Source: Callorhinchus milii (lineage: Eukaryota). From it: 64,000 nt of DNA. Position 1 is the stretch's first letter, and the number at the start of each line of letters is the position of its first letter. The stretch covers positions 39,496,001-39,560,000 of the forward strand of contig NW_024704743.1 in NCBI RefSeq assembly GCF_018977255.1, given 5' to 3'. Shown in pieces: positions 10,809-24,743 of this stretch. The notes beneath the pieces were generated by a model. It saw nothing but the letters and a program-made list of their open reading frames with translations, was not told the origin of the DNA and ran no database searches. The position numbers were made by a program, and so were the translations under genes.

Positions 10809-11789
10809 CTATTTAACTTTTTGAACTGGGTGGTGTAATTAAATAGGGCTTTTCACACAGTATAACATCTCAGAGAACTGCACAGTCGCTGGATTGGACC
10901 CAAGTGAGGGAGAAGCGGGAGGTGGAGGTGATTTAGGCACAGCCAAAAACTTAGGTCTTGAGGTGGGATTTAAAGATAGTTCAAGACAAAAGGAAATGGC
11001 AAAAGTGGACAAATGAAGAGGGGCAAAAGTGACAGGAGAGTAAGGGCACCAGCCATGGCCAAAGTGAAGTGATCTTACCTCCAGTAGTACTTCTGCCCCC
11101 ATTTGACTGGTTTCACTCATTCCGTCATCCCCAAATAGATTAGGCAAGAGCTATTGATAGCAATCCTGGCAGTTACATTTTATACAGCAGCACTCAGGCA
11201 CTACTCTGCTGATGGTGTCTTTTTTTTGTTGTTATAGCAAAACAGCTGGAGCAATCTGCTGTTAAAAATAATCAATATTTTGCAGCAAAAAAAATTCTCA
11301 TAGAGTAAACTATATCCTTAATCTCAATTACTATGCTAGCAGCAAATATGTTAACTGATGAATGATAATTTTTCTATTAAAATATTAATGTTCACTGTAT
11401 GCTTTTAGGATTCTTATTACATTTATGTCACTTCTTGCTCTCAGTGAGCTGTTTTATTCGTGTTGAACTGAGTTGAATACTAATTCGAAAATAATCCCCC
11501 AAATAAAATTGGTCTAACACATAAAAGTGGTCACCCACTTCATTGCTGTTTGTGAGATATTGTTGTGTAAAAAATTGCTTCTGCATTTGCCTACAAATAA
11601 TTCAACATATCTTGCAATACATCATGTACAGTGCTTTCAGACATCCTCCAGCATGAAATTCACTATATTTCAATGCATGGATTATTGCATTATTAGTGAA
11701 CTATTTTCTTTATGATTATTTTCTGAAACTATTTTATTAGTCTGGACCTGAATTGGAAACTGTATAGTTCATATAGGTCTGTTATTCAC

Positions 11790-11900
11790 CTTTTATCCTT
11801 GTTCCTGGCAAACATCGACAGATAGCCAGGAACCAAATATTAATACTATGTGCTCGCAAATTTGGTGCCATACAACAGAGGGAAGATAATCTGAACCGGT
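11790..11900 (-). other. Candidate 111-nt exon
   Basis: Acceptor CTTTTTATCTCCCTGTTTCAG and donor AAG/GTGAAT; one frame is open (RFRLSSLCCMAPNLRAHS...) but no protein is recognised. Confidence 0.3.
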
Positions 11901-13321
11901 CTGAAACAGGGAGATAAAAAGTATAACTATTGTGCCAAAGTCGCGGGTTGAGGGATGATGGGATGCAGGGAGGTTCTCACTCATTAGACAGTTGCTAATT
12001 ATTGGCGGTCTGACAACCATATTTGGCCATCTCATAATTATCACCATTAATAATTATCACATAACCTGTGACATGTTTCACCCCTCTGTCCTAAAGAAGG
12101 AATCTTATTCTCAATGTTCAAAAGATTTCCCTTCAGTGCCCTGATAAATTAATTTGGTCTTTTTAAATGTGTTTCTTGTTTCCTTATTCTCTGTATTTCA
12201 AAACCCTGTTCTATACTGCACCAAGCAGGCAAGTTGTCTCCTATTATTTTCCATGTTCGCAACTGTACCAAAGCAATATTTATTGTATTTGCCTCGCCAC
12301 AAACCAGAAGTATCAAAAGCAATGAATGATTTTGCTGGCTGCTTTAAGAAACCAGCAATCCACCAAGTCCAAGACAATTATTTATAGCTATGTTAGTCTT
12401 GGTTGTTAGCCTGAGCACAAAATATAAGTTTGGAAGGGATTATTAATGACATTCGTGAATAATTGATGGTTTTCTTATGGTAGTGAATGCTCTCAAGGTG
12501 CAATGCCATTCCTAGCGAATCAAATAAACCATTGAGCAAATAGTCTCCCTATTGAAGAGCAACAGCATTGCACCTTTCACCATTTGCACAGTTTAAATAT
12601 AATTCTGCCTGAACAGCATGTCTTACTTGTCAAACCTCATGTGGTGTCTCTGAGGCAGTGGAGTAGCATGTAAGTTGTGGGCTATTTCTCAGCAATCCCT
12701 CATTAATACAAGAAGTGCAACACAGTACATTTCAATGCACTTATTTGCCCCATCAGCTGCACAGATCTTAACATTCTGGCACAGCCCTTCCCTAGCTTCA
12801 GCTTTGTGACAATCACTTTGATTACTTTTCAGTGCTGCCATTGCTAACAACTCTACCTGAGGCAACAGAGCTGTAAAATAAATAAGCCTACATTGCTGCC
12901 ACTTACAGAGGCGAGTGCTCTAACCATTCAGCTACAGGACTCCTGAAGAATTCTTATTTTACATAGGAGGTAATCAATCTCTGGATCAAATAGATAGTAG
13001 GATCTTCCTTTTCGTTGAACTGTAATTTCCTAATATTTTCTAATGCTTGAAAAGGAATATGATTGGGTATGTGATGGTAAATTTAATTTAGTGAGCCTTC
13101 CCCAACATATCCTCACCTCTATTGCTTCTGGGTAGGATCAGTTACAGAGTAGTACTAGACTGAGGTTGCATATTAACCGAAGGGCTGGTTGAAGTCAGGA
13201 CAATAAACCCACCTAGGACTCAATATGCTGCTGTAATGGGAAGAAGGCTGGATTGGTCAGTGATTATGAGAGCAAATAGACTGAAGGGCCTTATTCATCT
13301 GAACCTTTCCTATGATCTTGT

Positions 13322-13562
13322 GGAGTCCTGTAGCTCAGTGGTTAGAGCACTCGCCTTGCAAGCGAGACACTGGGTTCAATTCCAACAGGGCGAAACCTTG
13401 GGCATGTTTCCTTACTCCACACGCCTAATAATAATCCCTCCAAAACAAAACAATAATAAATTGGTCATTTTTAATCCACGACTGTTTGTGGGACACTGCT
13501 GTGAGCAATTGGCTGCTGCGTGTTGCCCACAAATATACGGTCAGTTCACTTCACAGTCTATT
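13322..13562 (+). mobile_element. Young SINE, 5' part (split by an L2 insertion)
   Basis: GGAGTCCTGTAGCTCAGTGGTTAGAGCACTCGCCTTGCAAGCGAG...; stops at CACAGTCTATT and resumes at 15169. Confidence 0.92.
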
Positions 13563-15168
13563 ACATCTAAAATTCACAAAATCCGCAAGGCAGCCTCATC
13601 CAACTGCCTCTTGTCACCGACCACCATGCCCTCTCTGTCCCCCTCACCATCATCTGCTCCTACCACCACCCCCAATCTACATTCCTTCTTCCCCATCTCT
13701 CCCTCTTCCCTCTCACCCACCATCACCTCCATGAAACCCACCACCTGCTGCCTCGACCCCCTCCCCACCAACTTGCTGGTCACCCAGCTCCCCCTCCTCT
13801 GCCCACTGCTGGCTGACATCATCAACCAGTCCCTCTCCTCCTCCCACTCCCTCTTTGAACCCCTCCAATCCGGTTTCTGCCCTACCCACTGTACAGACAC
13901 TGCGCTTGTGAAAGTCACAGATGACATACTCTATCTGTGACCAGGGCGCCCTCTGCCTCCTTGTCCTCCTGGACCTCTCTACGGCATTCGACACAGTCGA
14001 CCACGCCATCCTCCTCCATGCCTTTCCTCTGTCATCCACCTCAGTGGGAGCGCACTCGCCTGGTTCGAGTCCTACCTCACAAACTGCCAGCAGTACATCT
14101 GCACAAACGGCTTCTCCTCCCGCTCTCACCCGGTCACCTGTGGGGTACCACAAGGATCCATCCTTGGCCCCCTCCTCTTTCTGATCTACATGCTCCCTCT
14201 TGGGGATGTCATCCGCAGACATGGGGTACATTTCCACATGTACATGGATGACACCCAACTCTATTTTTCCACCTCTCTTTGTGACCCCCAGTCCCCTGAT
14301 ACTCTGTCAGCCTGCCTGTCAGATCTCAAGGGGTGGATAAGTGCAAATTTCCTTCAGCTGAACGTTGACAAGACGGAAGCCATACTCTTCGGCACTCGTC
14401 AACTTCTCAAATCCCACGGCTCTCACCTCCTCCACCTACCCGACCTCCCCCTAAAACTCTCCGAACTGGTAAGCAACCTTGGCGTCAGGTTCGACCCCCA
14501 ATTGTCCTTCCTCCCCCACATCCGGTCCCTCACCAACACCACCTTCTTCCACCTCTATCACATCGCCCGTCTCCGCAAATACCTCTCTCCGAAAACCGCT
14601 GAAACCCTAGTCCATGCCTTTGTCACCTCTCGGCTGGACTACTCTAATGCCCTCCTCTCCGGTCTCCCATCCTCCACCATCCATAAAATCCAAATCATCG
14701 AAAACTCTGCCGCCCGCATTTTCACCCACACCAAACTATGTTCCCTGATGAATCCAGTCCTTGCCAGACTGCACTGGCTGCCTATCCCAGAGAGGAATGA
14801 CTTCAAGATCCTCACCCTTGTATTCAAATCCCTCCACTCCTCTGCAGCCTTCTACCTCTCTGACCTCTTCTCTCCTCAAAACAGCACCCGTTGCCTTCGA
14901 TCCTCCGCTTCTGGCCTCCTCCTCGTCCCCCTAGTCCTCCGCTCCATCCTTGGCCACCGTGCCTTCAGTCATTATACCACGAGATTCTGAAATTCCCTTC
15001 CTCACTCCCTTCACCTTGCCCCCTCTCTTTCTATTTTCAGGTCTCTGCTGAAGACCTTTCTTTTCGATCGCATCTTTGGTCACCTTCCTCCCCCTCCCCC
15101 TGGCTCGGCCCCGGGATCCGTTACTGTGAAGCACTCTGAGACACAGTCCGGCGTGGTTGTTGTTGTTG
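13563..15168 (+). mobile_element. 5'-truncated L2 LINE with frameshifted RT, nested in a SINE
   Basis: Peptides MKPTTCCLDPLPT, FEPLQSGF, LLDLSTAFDTVDH, GVPQGSILGPLLF (out of frame), HMYMDDTQLY, SRLDYSN; (GTT)n tail. Confidence 0.95.
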
Positions 15169-15243
15169 TATTCTGTGAAGCGCTTTGAGACATTGAGAAG
15201 ACGCGAAAAGCGCTATATCAAATGCAAGGATTATTATTATTAT
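15169..15243 (+). mobile_element. 3' tail of the SINE starting at 13322
   Basis: TATTCTGTGAAGCGCTTTGAGAC...AAAAGCGCTATATCAAATGCAAGGATTATTATT continues the SINE exactly where it was interrupted. Confidence 0.9.
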
Positions 15244-17602
15244 GTTTGTGCACTAAGATCAGTAAACGTACTGCCAACTGGACAATTATACTCAGAGCGT
15301 GAGAGTAAGCAGATAAAGAGTGACTTAGTCAATTTTAATAAGCAGTCATTCTATTTCCTACTGTTCTTTCACACTGGAAGCATTTTATTATAATTTATGC
15401 AATAGCGATATAAACTGCTGCTGTTCTGCCTAAATTAAAAGACTCTAACTGGACTGATGAATAAATTAAATAGAAGTAAGTAATCTATATTAAATATAGC
15501 TAGAGGAGATTGAACAAAGAATGTGGTTTAAAATGGACAAATTCTTCATGTGTTCTATTTCATTAGGTTGTCTTGTCCTTGTTGAAGTTATGAAACAGCT
15601 GATTTCAGGGAATTTTAATTACATTACGGCGGAAGATTAAAAGAAAATTCTATAAATATAGAAGCACTGAGAGCCAGGTATTGGTGAAAAATATAAAGGC
15701 ATATCAAAGGGGGCATGTTTATTCATCAGGAGACCGAGAAATAATTTGCAAGAGTCAGTATAATTCAGTAACTCCACTGAAACTGCACCTGGCACATATG
15801 CCTGTGTTTCAGCAAAAGAGACAAAGGTAAAAATTAGTTTGCTTCCAGTATAGGTACACTGAAGTGCCCTTACGTTTGTGGAGTACCTTCTGACTTGCTC
15901 TTTCTTTTCTTTTAGTGCTTTGGGATATTCCCCCGATATGAAAGGTGTTATACAAATATAAAGTTGTATTTTATTGTTCTCATTTGTTACCTCGCCATGG
16001 GACCGGCATGCCTGAGGCCGGGATAAACAAGAACAATAACTTACAATTAAAAAGCATCTTTCACATGGAATGAATGTCTCTAAGCTCTTAAAAACACACT
16101 TCACAAAAAGATAATTTAATAAGAGGATAAAAGAACATGAACGTCTGTTTCTAGTCGCTTAGTTTCAAATGGTTCTTTTGATTGCACCTATTGTGCAGTG
16201 TTATATTTTTCAAATCAAACAATATTGAAATAAATAAGCAGTGCTTTTTAGTTAAATGTTTTTGTGGTTTGGTTGCGCAAAGTGAAAGCTAATTTAAAAA
16301 AAACAGCTCCCAAGCTAATGGAAATGTGAAATAAAGCAAAAGTGGTAAAATCCCTAATTTTCAGCAGTCTTTGTGATTCACAAGGTAGAGCAGAGTTCAG
16401 TAACATCACCTGTTGTCATGGTTGCCATATTGTTCCACTGAGACATCATTAAGAATGGCACCTATGTTCAAATGTGGTAGCATCCTCTTCTTGGTCGCAC
16501 TGTTCTTTTCTGAAAGACTTGGATTTAGTTATAAAAGAGTAGAACTAGGTGTGCGATTGTTAGTTGTATTCAACGTTTGCTTGCTCAGCTTCTGGGCTTT
16601 ATCATTTGAAGAGTAAAGTCATATCGAAATTGAATTAAGATGGAGTTGGAAATAGCAATAATACATGGTTGCTTTATTGGATTCTAAAGCACAAAAAGGA
16701 TACAAATTATGTGCACTGCATAGCAATTTACATTGGCCAGATAATTTGGAGAGCATGACGATCGAGTGGGAACATTTACATACAAAATTCCTGTGGACCG
16801 TTTGCACTTTTTAATCACGATATAACAACACCATCCTCCAGCCTAGTGAAATGGGTAACAATGTTCAGATTATTTGGTCGTTCACCTCACTGTATTGATT
16901 TGAGTTTACCTACAAAAAAAACAATTGTTTCATGTGAAGCTCTTTGAGAGTTTTTGTTATGATGAAACACTATAAAATGATAAGCTCCAATTTTTTAAAA
17001 CCAGGATCCACTGACAATTTAGGGACAGAATTCAGTGAGTGAGATACATTATACAACTTGGTGATTAACACTGACAATATAGGCAAGGTCCATTACTGCA
17101 CAATAATTGCCAGTTATTTTACTTATTTTATATTCCTTCATAACTGGTTACATATGCACATCTTTAGTGAGCTAGAACCATATAAATTTACAGCACAGAA
17201 GATGACAATTTGGCCCTAAGTTTCTATGCTGACTCTTTTAAGAGCAATCTTTTCAGTTCCATTTGCCTGCCCTTTCCTCATACCCCTCATACTCCTTTTG
17301 AGGATGACTTTGCATTGTAAATCATGGGTTCTAAGTTATTTTGTTTGCTTGCTTTTCGTTTTCCTGGGTTTCGTGCATTCTAGACTTGCGACGCAGAATG
17401 CTCAGAATTAAAAGGTAATTTTTAATTGGGAAGATCATACATTTTGTCCTTACTTGACAAACCAACCCTAGTAGATAAATATTAAGCAAAAAAAGTAGAA
17501 GCCATTCTAAATCTTAAACATTTCAATAATACTTCACTTTAGTAATATCAAAGATGGTAGAAATATGGCTTAAAGAGGATGAATTCAGTTATGGGGAAAA
17601 TA

Positions 17603-17621
17603 TGCTGCCACCAAGTGGTCA
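17603..17621 (-). promoter_or_regulatory. Candidate CTCF site
   Basis: TGACCACTTGGTGGCAGCA resembles the CTCF core, with one core mismatch. Confidence 0.35.
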
Positions 17622-19589
17622 TTTAATGGCTAAATCTGGTACATGTCTTCAGCAATGTCCCAGAAACAGCCAGGAGTTGAATGATCAATTTATCTGGAGG
17701 ATTGTTGACTAGCATACCTTGAGAAACTGACTTCCATTTTACAGTATGGTTAAAAGTTGAGGAAGTATGAAGGTATTCAACTTTTTTGTGTTCAAGCGGG
17801 GAGAGTTGATCATATCAGATGATGCGGTTTTCAAAAATGAACATCTGGTAAAACTATGAATGACAATGAGCCTGGATCACTAACCACATCAGAATAAGAA
17901 TGTAACTCATTTTGATGTTGAGAGTTTAAGAAAAATGTCTTTAATGTTACCTAATTTAGACGATGCAACTCAGTGTCTTCCTGTAAAATTGAGCCTTGTT
18001 ATTGGGAAGAGATGTTGAAAGATTTCAGGTTTTGAATTAAGTTCACAAGTATCTGGAACTAATTTGAAAGGGAGTGCTTTTAATTCAAAGATATGTTCAG
18101 TGCTTAACAAAGCAAACCAATGATTTTACCAGTTTAATAATGCACTTGATTCAATCAAGGAATCTAATGATTCAATGGTTATGAACAAAGAGGGAAAGGC
18201 TAAGTGGTTAATGAATATCAGCAGAGCACTAATGTTCAGGTACTGGTTACCATGTCTACCTCTGCCTTACAGTCATGTCTGGAAAAAAACATGAAGAATG
18301 AAAAAGTGCTTTTTGGGAAGGAAAATGTCAGCTGAAATGGCTCCATACCCAATGGAGCTGCTTTCTCACAAGTTGGCTTGAGGTTCATTTGAGGACATAC
18401 ACTTTTTATTCTAAACAATATTTTATTCTTGCTTCCTTCAAGACCCATTTCAAGACCCTCCCCTTTGATCACCCTGCTCCCCCCTGCCCTCCACCCTCCC
18501 CAATCCCAACCCCCAGCTTGGGTCCAAAACTCTAACTGTCCAGCACCCCTTGTGATGCATTTCACCCAGAAATACACTTTACAGTATATTCTGTGAAGTG
18601 CTTTGAGACAACTCAATGACGTGATAAGGCACTGTATCAAAAGCAAGGATTATTAATATTGTTATTCCTTTCCTATCCAAATCTAATTTATCCTAGCCTT
18701 TTTAACAAATTTCTCCCCCCAGCTTCCTCCCTTAAATTTTCTCCCTTCGTCTCTCTCAGGCATTGATTCGTCTTGGGGCACAGTTGTATAACATCTTCCC
18801 ACCTTGTGATATTTTGCAGTTGCTAATGAGGATCCTTGTCCATGGTACTGAACAAGGTAATGGTGGAATTAGTCATACAAGACAAACGATGAACAAGAAA
18901 GTCTGCTGACCCTAACCAATTGTGTTGCAATTATCACAGTTCATCTTCTTGAAATACAGGAAATAAGCTTTTATCCGTATATGAAAAGATTTGGAAGTGG
19001 AGGGGAATCTCAGAGCTGTGGCTCAAAGGCTTTTGATCCTTCATTTTGGAAAGGTGCTTTTCAGTCGATCCGAAATATTGAACTTACACAAATGCGCCTT
19101 TCCCAATTCACACATCACAAAAGAATTCTGGAAGGAATCACTGACAGATACAATACTGTGTCCACTAATTTTGGAACTTGCCATTAAGATTCCAGGTCAA
19201 TGGCAGAACAACCCCTCCAAGGCAGTGCAGGATGGAAATTGCAGAATGTGGTGTGTTAACTATCACCAGTAATGAATGCCAAATGCAGTCATGCAGCTAG
19301 TTAGTATCTAGAGGCACTGACTGTTCTACACATGTGCCCCACCTGCCCACCCCACCCACCAGACTCCTTCACCGTGGCTGCTCCAAAGCGGTCCGTGCTG
19401 CCATTGGACTTGTCTGTATACGGATCAAATCTTTAGAGTGCTGTTTTTTAGGATACCGGCTTACCTCTGATTTTTATTTTGTTGAGTTACACCTGTGTCC
19501 CGTAAACTCGCATTCCATTGCCATAATCTTCAGGCTGGAAAATCCAATGGTGTCCAATGTAATCTGTGTCATCTCTCTCTGCTAAGCGA

Positions 19590-19885
19590 ACACTAGGCTA
19601 CTTCATGTCCCCTGCCCGGCCCATTCCCCACTATCGTGGGCAGGTGAGCTTTCAGACATTCTGCCCCACTCTCTGGAACCTATTTGAGAGTTGCTCTGCC
19701 TCACCCCCTCCCTCCCAACCTTTAAAGTTTGCCTTAAGACCTTTCTAATCCATGGCACTTTTGGTCACCTTTTCCCACTGCCCCCTCAACTTTCTTTATG
19801 CACCCCCAGCTTGGACTTCTAGATGGGTCTGTGAAATTGTTTGAGACATCTTCATGGTGTGAAAGACGCTATCTAAATTTAAAGC
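19590..19885 (+). mobile_element. Decayed L2 3' fragment
   Basis: GGGCAGGTGAGCTTTCAGACATTCTGCCCCCACTCTCTGGAAC (G.RAF.HSAPTLWN) and a tail GTGAAAGACGCTAT. Confidence 0.8.
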
Positions 19886-22307
19886 TGTAATTTTATCTAC
19901 AGCTTTCATTGAGCCGCATCTGGGGCCTTGGAGAGAAGTCACTAGTACACATGGTTTAAAAATAATGTACTGCAAATGCCACAGTGTGATAGTATCCATC
20001 AGGAAATGAGTACACATTCACGTTGACTCTTCAGTTACATAGTTATATTGTTACCATATAGGTTTAGAGTTGTAAAAGGCAATTTTAGGACAGATACCAG
20101 GATGTTTTTCTTCACTTAGAAGATAATCAATGACTGGAACAGGTTGCCAGGGAAGGTGGTTGAGTCCAGCGCACTGGGATTCATTTAAAAAGCAGCAATC
20201 TATTCTTATGATTTTTTGATCATTTGGTCTAATGAGTCTGTGTCAGTTTTCATATTCCACAGGAGCCCTCCTATTGCTTTCACCTATACAACAACGATGA
20301 CTTGAATTTAAATAGCGGCCATCAAACAGGGTAGTGTCCTAGAACGCTTTATACCCCTCTATTCCTTTCTCACTCATGTAGGAAATGGAAAGTAAATTGT
20401 GAAATCAGATTGATATAATGTACTGTATCTCGTATTATCTTACACACCGCTGTGGCTGATTTGGACCAACATTTTAGTAACTGTGTCCCTACAGACCATT
20501 AACCCTCGAAAACTTGCTTCTTCTCTATTATATCCATCAAGTTTACATTTCCACATTTAAATGCTCTGATACATCTGATCTATACTGGCAAATGGTTCCC
20601 CTTGGGTGCTCCACCCCTTCTGATCCCAACCCCTTGCTCCTGTCAAAATCCATGACTGTCCAGCGCCTTGGGTCGTCTTCCTGATGTGAAACACACTATA
20701 CAAATGTAATTTGTTGTTGCTGTTGTAAGTGGAGACTTTGAGGAACTAGAGTTTGTCTCCCTGTGGTTTATGTATCATATATGTACCATGTGTCCCCTTT
20801 CCCTTTCAGGTGCAAACCCAAGATTGTCCAGTGCCTTGGAACATCCTCCTGTCTTGAAAGGCACTATATAAATGCAATTTTTTTGTTCTTGTTTTCTGCA
20901 AGATTCACTGGTTTGTATTGGAAATGTCCAGAGATGGTGCCACGAAGGATCACACATTTGAAACTTATCTACCACTTGACAGTAAAATATTCCTGAACAA
21001 ACATATAATTTCATCTACTTCATTTGGGACACATCTGTGTGCTTGGAGGGGTATGAATACAATTGATTTGTTCATTTCATGGCTATGACACGGCAGTGAG
21101 CAAATTGGCTGCCACATTTGACTATATTTTACAGTAATCTTCCATGTTAAATGCAAGGATCAATATTATTATACTTTGTGAAAAAATACAAAAATGCCTG
21201 TGAAGTCACACAATTACACAAGATTGGTTGAATGAAAAAGGCCATTTGGCTTATTTTATCTCAACCTTCCAGAACATTCACCTTCTCATCTTCCCATTCA
21301 CAGCATGATGTTGCTTTTTAAATGAGTCCAATATCCTGACCTCAACCACACTTCCTGTTTACCTGTTCCGGTCATTAATTGCCCTCTGGGTAAAGATAAA
21401 ATTCCTGGTATCTGTCCTGAAATTGCCTTTCATAATTATAAACGTATGTCATCTTGGTACATTCCAAAGTTTTTCTCTGGATTTACTTTTTCAAACATAT
21501 TTAAAATTTTATTACAGCTCTCTTTGAAAAACATATCTAAATGTTTATACACTTGTATGAGGTTTTCTCTGAAACCTTTCCTTTCTAGACCGAAGAGTCC
21601 TAGCTTGTCTATTGCTCATAGCTGAATTGTAGAGTTTGCTATAAACCAAGTTATGCTGATAGAACTATATTGGGACTTCAGCAGGATGTGAGTAATGCAA
21701 AATCTCTGTTCAGTGTCACTGAACCTTAGGAGAGAATTAGCTGAATCGTGAATAACTGCACTGCATCTCACCACATCCTTTCATTCTTATTAGAAAGTTA
21801 TTTGTGCTACTTAGTGGAAACCTTACATGCTTCTAGTTCTGGGAATACAAATGAGTTCACTTGGCTAGCTTCTGCCTGGACTAAGACACCAATGGTCCAT
21901 TTGTGTCACCCATTTTCTCTTTAGATGTGAAAATTATTGATATTTTTGAGCCAACCACCCTCCTTGCCAATCTTGCTTTACCCTTGGTATTTAATATGTA
22001 CCTTTGTATGCAGGGCAATAGTTCACTATGGCAATGTGTGCTTTGATGGAATATGGAGAACTGAAAGTTATTTAAAGAACAGTACAGAAGTCAATGATTG
22101 CATTTGTTCACGATTCCCCATTCAGCATAAAATAATGGAAATTACATTATATTAATGGATGGCATTCAAGCATGATTGTTTGGCAGAATTACTGGAAAGA
22201 AACAAATGTCATTATACGAGAGAGGTAACAGACATTAACATTCACTGCTGTTGTAAACAAGAAGGAATGTGTACAATTCATCAAATATAGACTAATTCTA
22301 TAGAAAC

Positions 22308-23043
22308 TAATCCCCAGTTATCACTCCTCCCCCACATCTGGTCCCTGCCCAGGACCGCTTTCCTCCATTTCCGCCACATTGCCCATCTCCAACAATACCT
22401 CAATCCACAAGCTGCTGAAATCCTTGTCCACACCTTCATCACCTCTCAGCTGGATTACTCAAATGTCCTCCTCGCCGGTCTCCCCTCCTCCACTATTCAC
22501 AAAATTCACCTCATTCAAAACTCTGCCGCCCACATTCTCACCTGCACTAAACTCCATACCCCGATTACCCCAGTCCTTGCCAAACTCCATTGGTTCCCTG
22601 TCACTGTGTGGATCAGCTTGAAGATCCTCACTCTAGTGTTTAAATCCCTCCATGCCTTGGCACTCCCCTATCTCTCAAACTTCTTCTACCTCACAGCACT
22701 ACCCGCTGCCTCCGCTCTACTGGCTCCAGCCTCCTACTTATCCCTGGAATCCTCTGCTCCACCATCAGTGGCCATGCCTTCAGCTACTCTGCCCTGAAGC
22801 TATGGAACTCCCTCCCTCAATCCCTTTGCCTGCCCCCTTTCCCCATTTTCAGCTTGCGCCTGAAGACCTTCCTCTTTGACCGTACCTACAGTCATCTTCC
22901 CTCGCCCCCTGGCTCGGCTTCGGGCTCTACCATTTTTAAGTGCTCTAGGGTGCTACCTGGTGTGGAGGGCAACAACAACAAGATTCCATTTATATGAAAT
23001 ATAACTATTCCACTATATAAATGCAAGTTGTTCTTGCTGTTAA
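22308..23043 (+). mobile_element. L2 LINE 3' fragment (second tail subtype)
   Basis: Frameshifted PQLS.LPHI, LDYSN, LHWFP, LKILTLVFKSLH and KLWNSLP; tail TATATAAATGCAAGTTGTT. Confidence 0.9.
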
Positions 23044-24014
23044 TTGTTTGAGTGCTTGTATAGGAAATGAGCTTAATAAAAATGAATTACTTGGCATTTG
23101 ACACAATCTGCAGTTGCCCACATATGGCTTTGCTTTGTATTGGCTATTTAACGTAATATCTCCAGACCCCAGCTACTCCTCACCAGTAATCAGATACATC
23201 ATGTGATTACAACTGCTGTACTTAATAAATAACTGTACTTGGCACAGGTTAACATCCACTGTTTCAGCGAGTCAAACCATCCTGGGTTCAAAAATTGCAC
23301 GTCAGATTTTACTGTTAGAAGGATTGCTTCACCAGGGAGGAGCCTTGTGTCTTAAACTACCGGAAATCTCATTGGCTCAACATCAAGGAGGTCTCTGCTC
23401 CGAATTGGAGTTTTGTGAGTCAGTGTGGTATACAGAGATGAAGTTTACTTCATTACTCTGCAGTAATCCAGTTTACTTCACAAAGAGTTTTTTTTCTAGT
23501 AGTGAAGCTGTTTATCAACCCCATTTGCTAATCTCATACTGTTGAAAAAACAATTTGGCATAATGATCTGCCGTTGACTATTTATTACATGTGATAGCTC
23601 CATTGTTAATCCTTCCTCTATATTTTTGTTTTCTTTATCATTTGGGATCTCAACAGAAGTGCTCATATTTTCTCCATTACTGAAGAAAGTAATGAAGCTG
23701 CCTCCAAGAAGCTTGGATTCCTGTTTTGTGTGAAACGCTTGACATGGATGCAAAATAGGAACAAGATGTATCTTATCTATGTGCAAGACTGTTTCCTATT
23801 ATAAGTGTTCCACTGTCATAGTGATTGCCAACAAATGCTGGCTATGCAATGGCAATCTGAAACTTTGGGAGCAACAGTAGTAAAAATTGATGTATATAAA
23901 CATAGAAGTGGTAAGAACATTTTAATTTGGGTTATCCGGTGGTGAAACGTGTGTTCAAATCTGTTAAAAGAACAAGGAAAACCAATATGATTCTCCATAA
24001 CCGTTTGGTAGGTC

Positions 24015-24240
24015 TTTTTGAATAGTGCCATGGGATCTTTAACGTCTGGCTGATCAGTCAGATAGCGCCTTGTTTAAATCTCATCCGAAGAACAGCACGT
24101 CCAAACAATGCAGTACAACCCCAGTAATAGCGCTGGAGTGTTAAGTTAGACAATGTGATTCTAAGTCCCAATGTGGGGCTTGAACCCACAACCTTCTGAC
24201 TTAGAGGCGAGAGTGCTACCACCTGAGCCAGATTGACACA
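24015..24240 (-). mobile_element. Old SacSINE1-like DeuSINE, 5' half
   Basis: GTGTCAATCTGGCTCAGGTGGTAGCACTCTCGCCTCTAAGTCAGAAGGTTGTGGGTTCAAGCCCCAC...GACGTTAAAGATCCCATGGCACTATT. Confidence 0.8.
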
Positions 24241-24423
24241 GTATAGCCAAAAGTTTCAGTTTTATTAAAGCTGAACTCCATCTTCTTTGACTCTCAAAAG
24301 CTAAATCTATTGAGTTCAATTCACAATCAGTATCATTATTTGGGAGACATGTTTTGAAAAACCTAATTAAAAAAACATTGCACTGCAGAAATGTTCTCTC
24401 TTCTCTAATTAATCTATCTCTAA

Positions 24424-24743
24424 ATAATAATAATTATAACCCTTGCATTTGATATAGCACTTTTCACGTCTTCTAGATGTCTCAAAGCAATTCACGGAAT
24501 ATACTGCAAAGTGAATTGACTATATATTTGTGGGCGAAATGCGGCAGTCTGTTATGCTCAGCAGTGTCCCACAAACAGTCATGGATTGAAGTGACCAATT
24601 TTATTATTGTTTTATTTTTCTTGAGGGATTATTATCAGGCCTGTGGAGTAAAGAAACTTGCCCAAGCTTTCACCTTGCCGGGAATCGAACCCAGATCTCT
24701 CGCTTGCAAGGCGAGTGCTCTAACCACTAATTTACAGGACTCC
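24424..24743 (-). mobile_element. Full-length young SINE
   Basis: Same head, Deu-like block and tail as 1196-1504; B-box GGGTTCGATTCC intact. Confidence 0.92.

Noticed and set aside
13322..13395. tRNA-Ala(TGC)-like gene (stem CTCGC/GCGAG, loop CTTGCAA), also at 63675 and other copies
   Set aside because: No proper acceptor stem or terminator; it continues into the SINE body in every copy, so it is a SINE head.
23270..23350. Minus-strand LLPGEAILLTVKSDV reminiscent of a myotubularin GRAM start
   Set aside because: In-frame stop just upstream, no convincing splice sites and no other family motifs.
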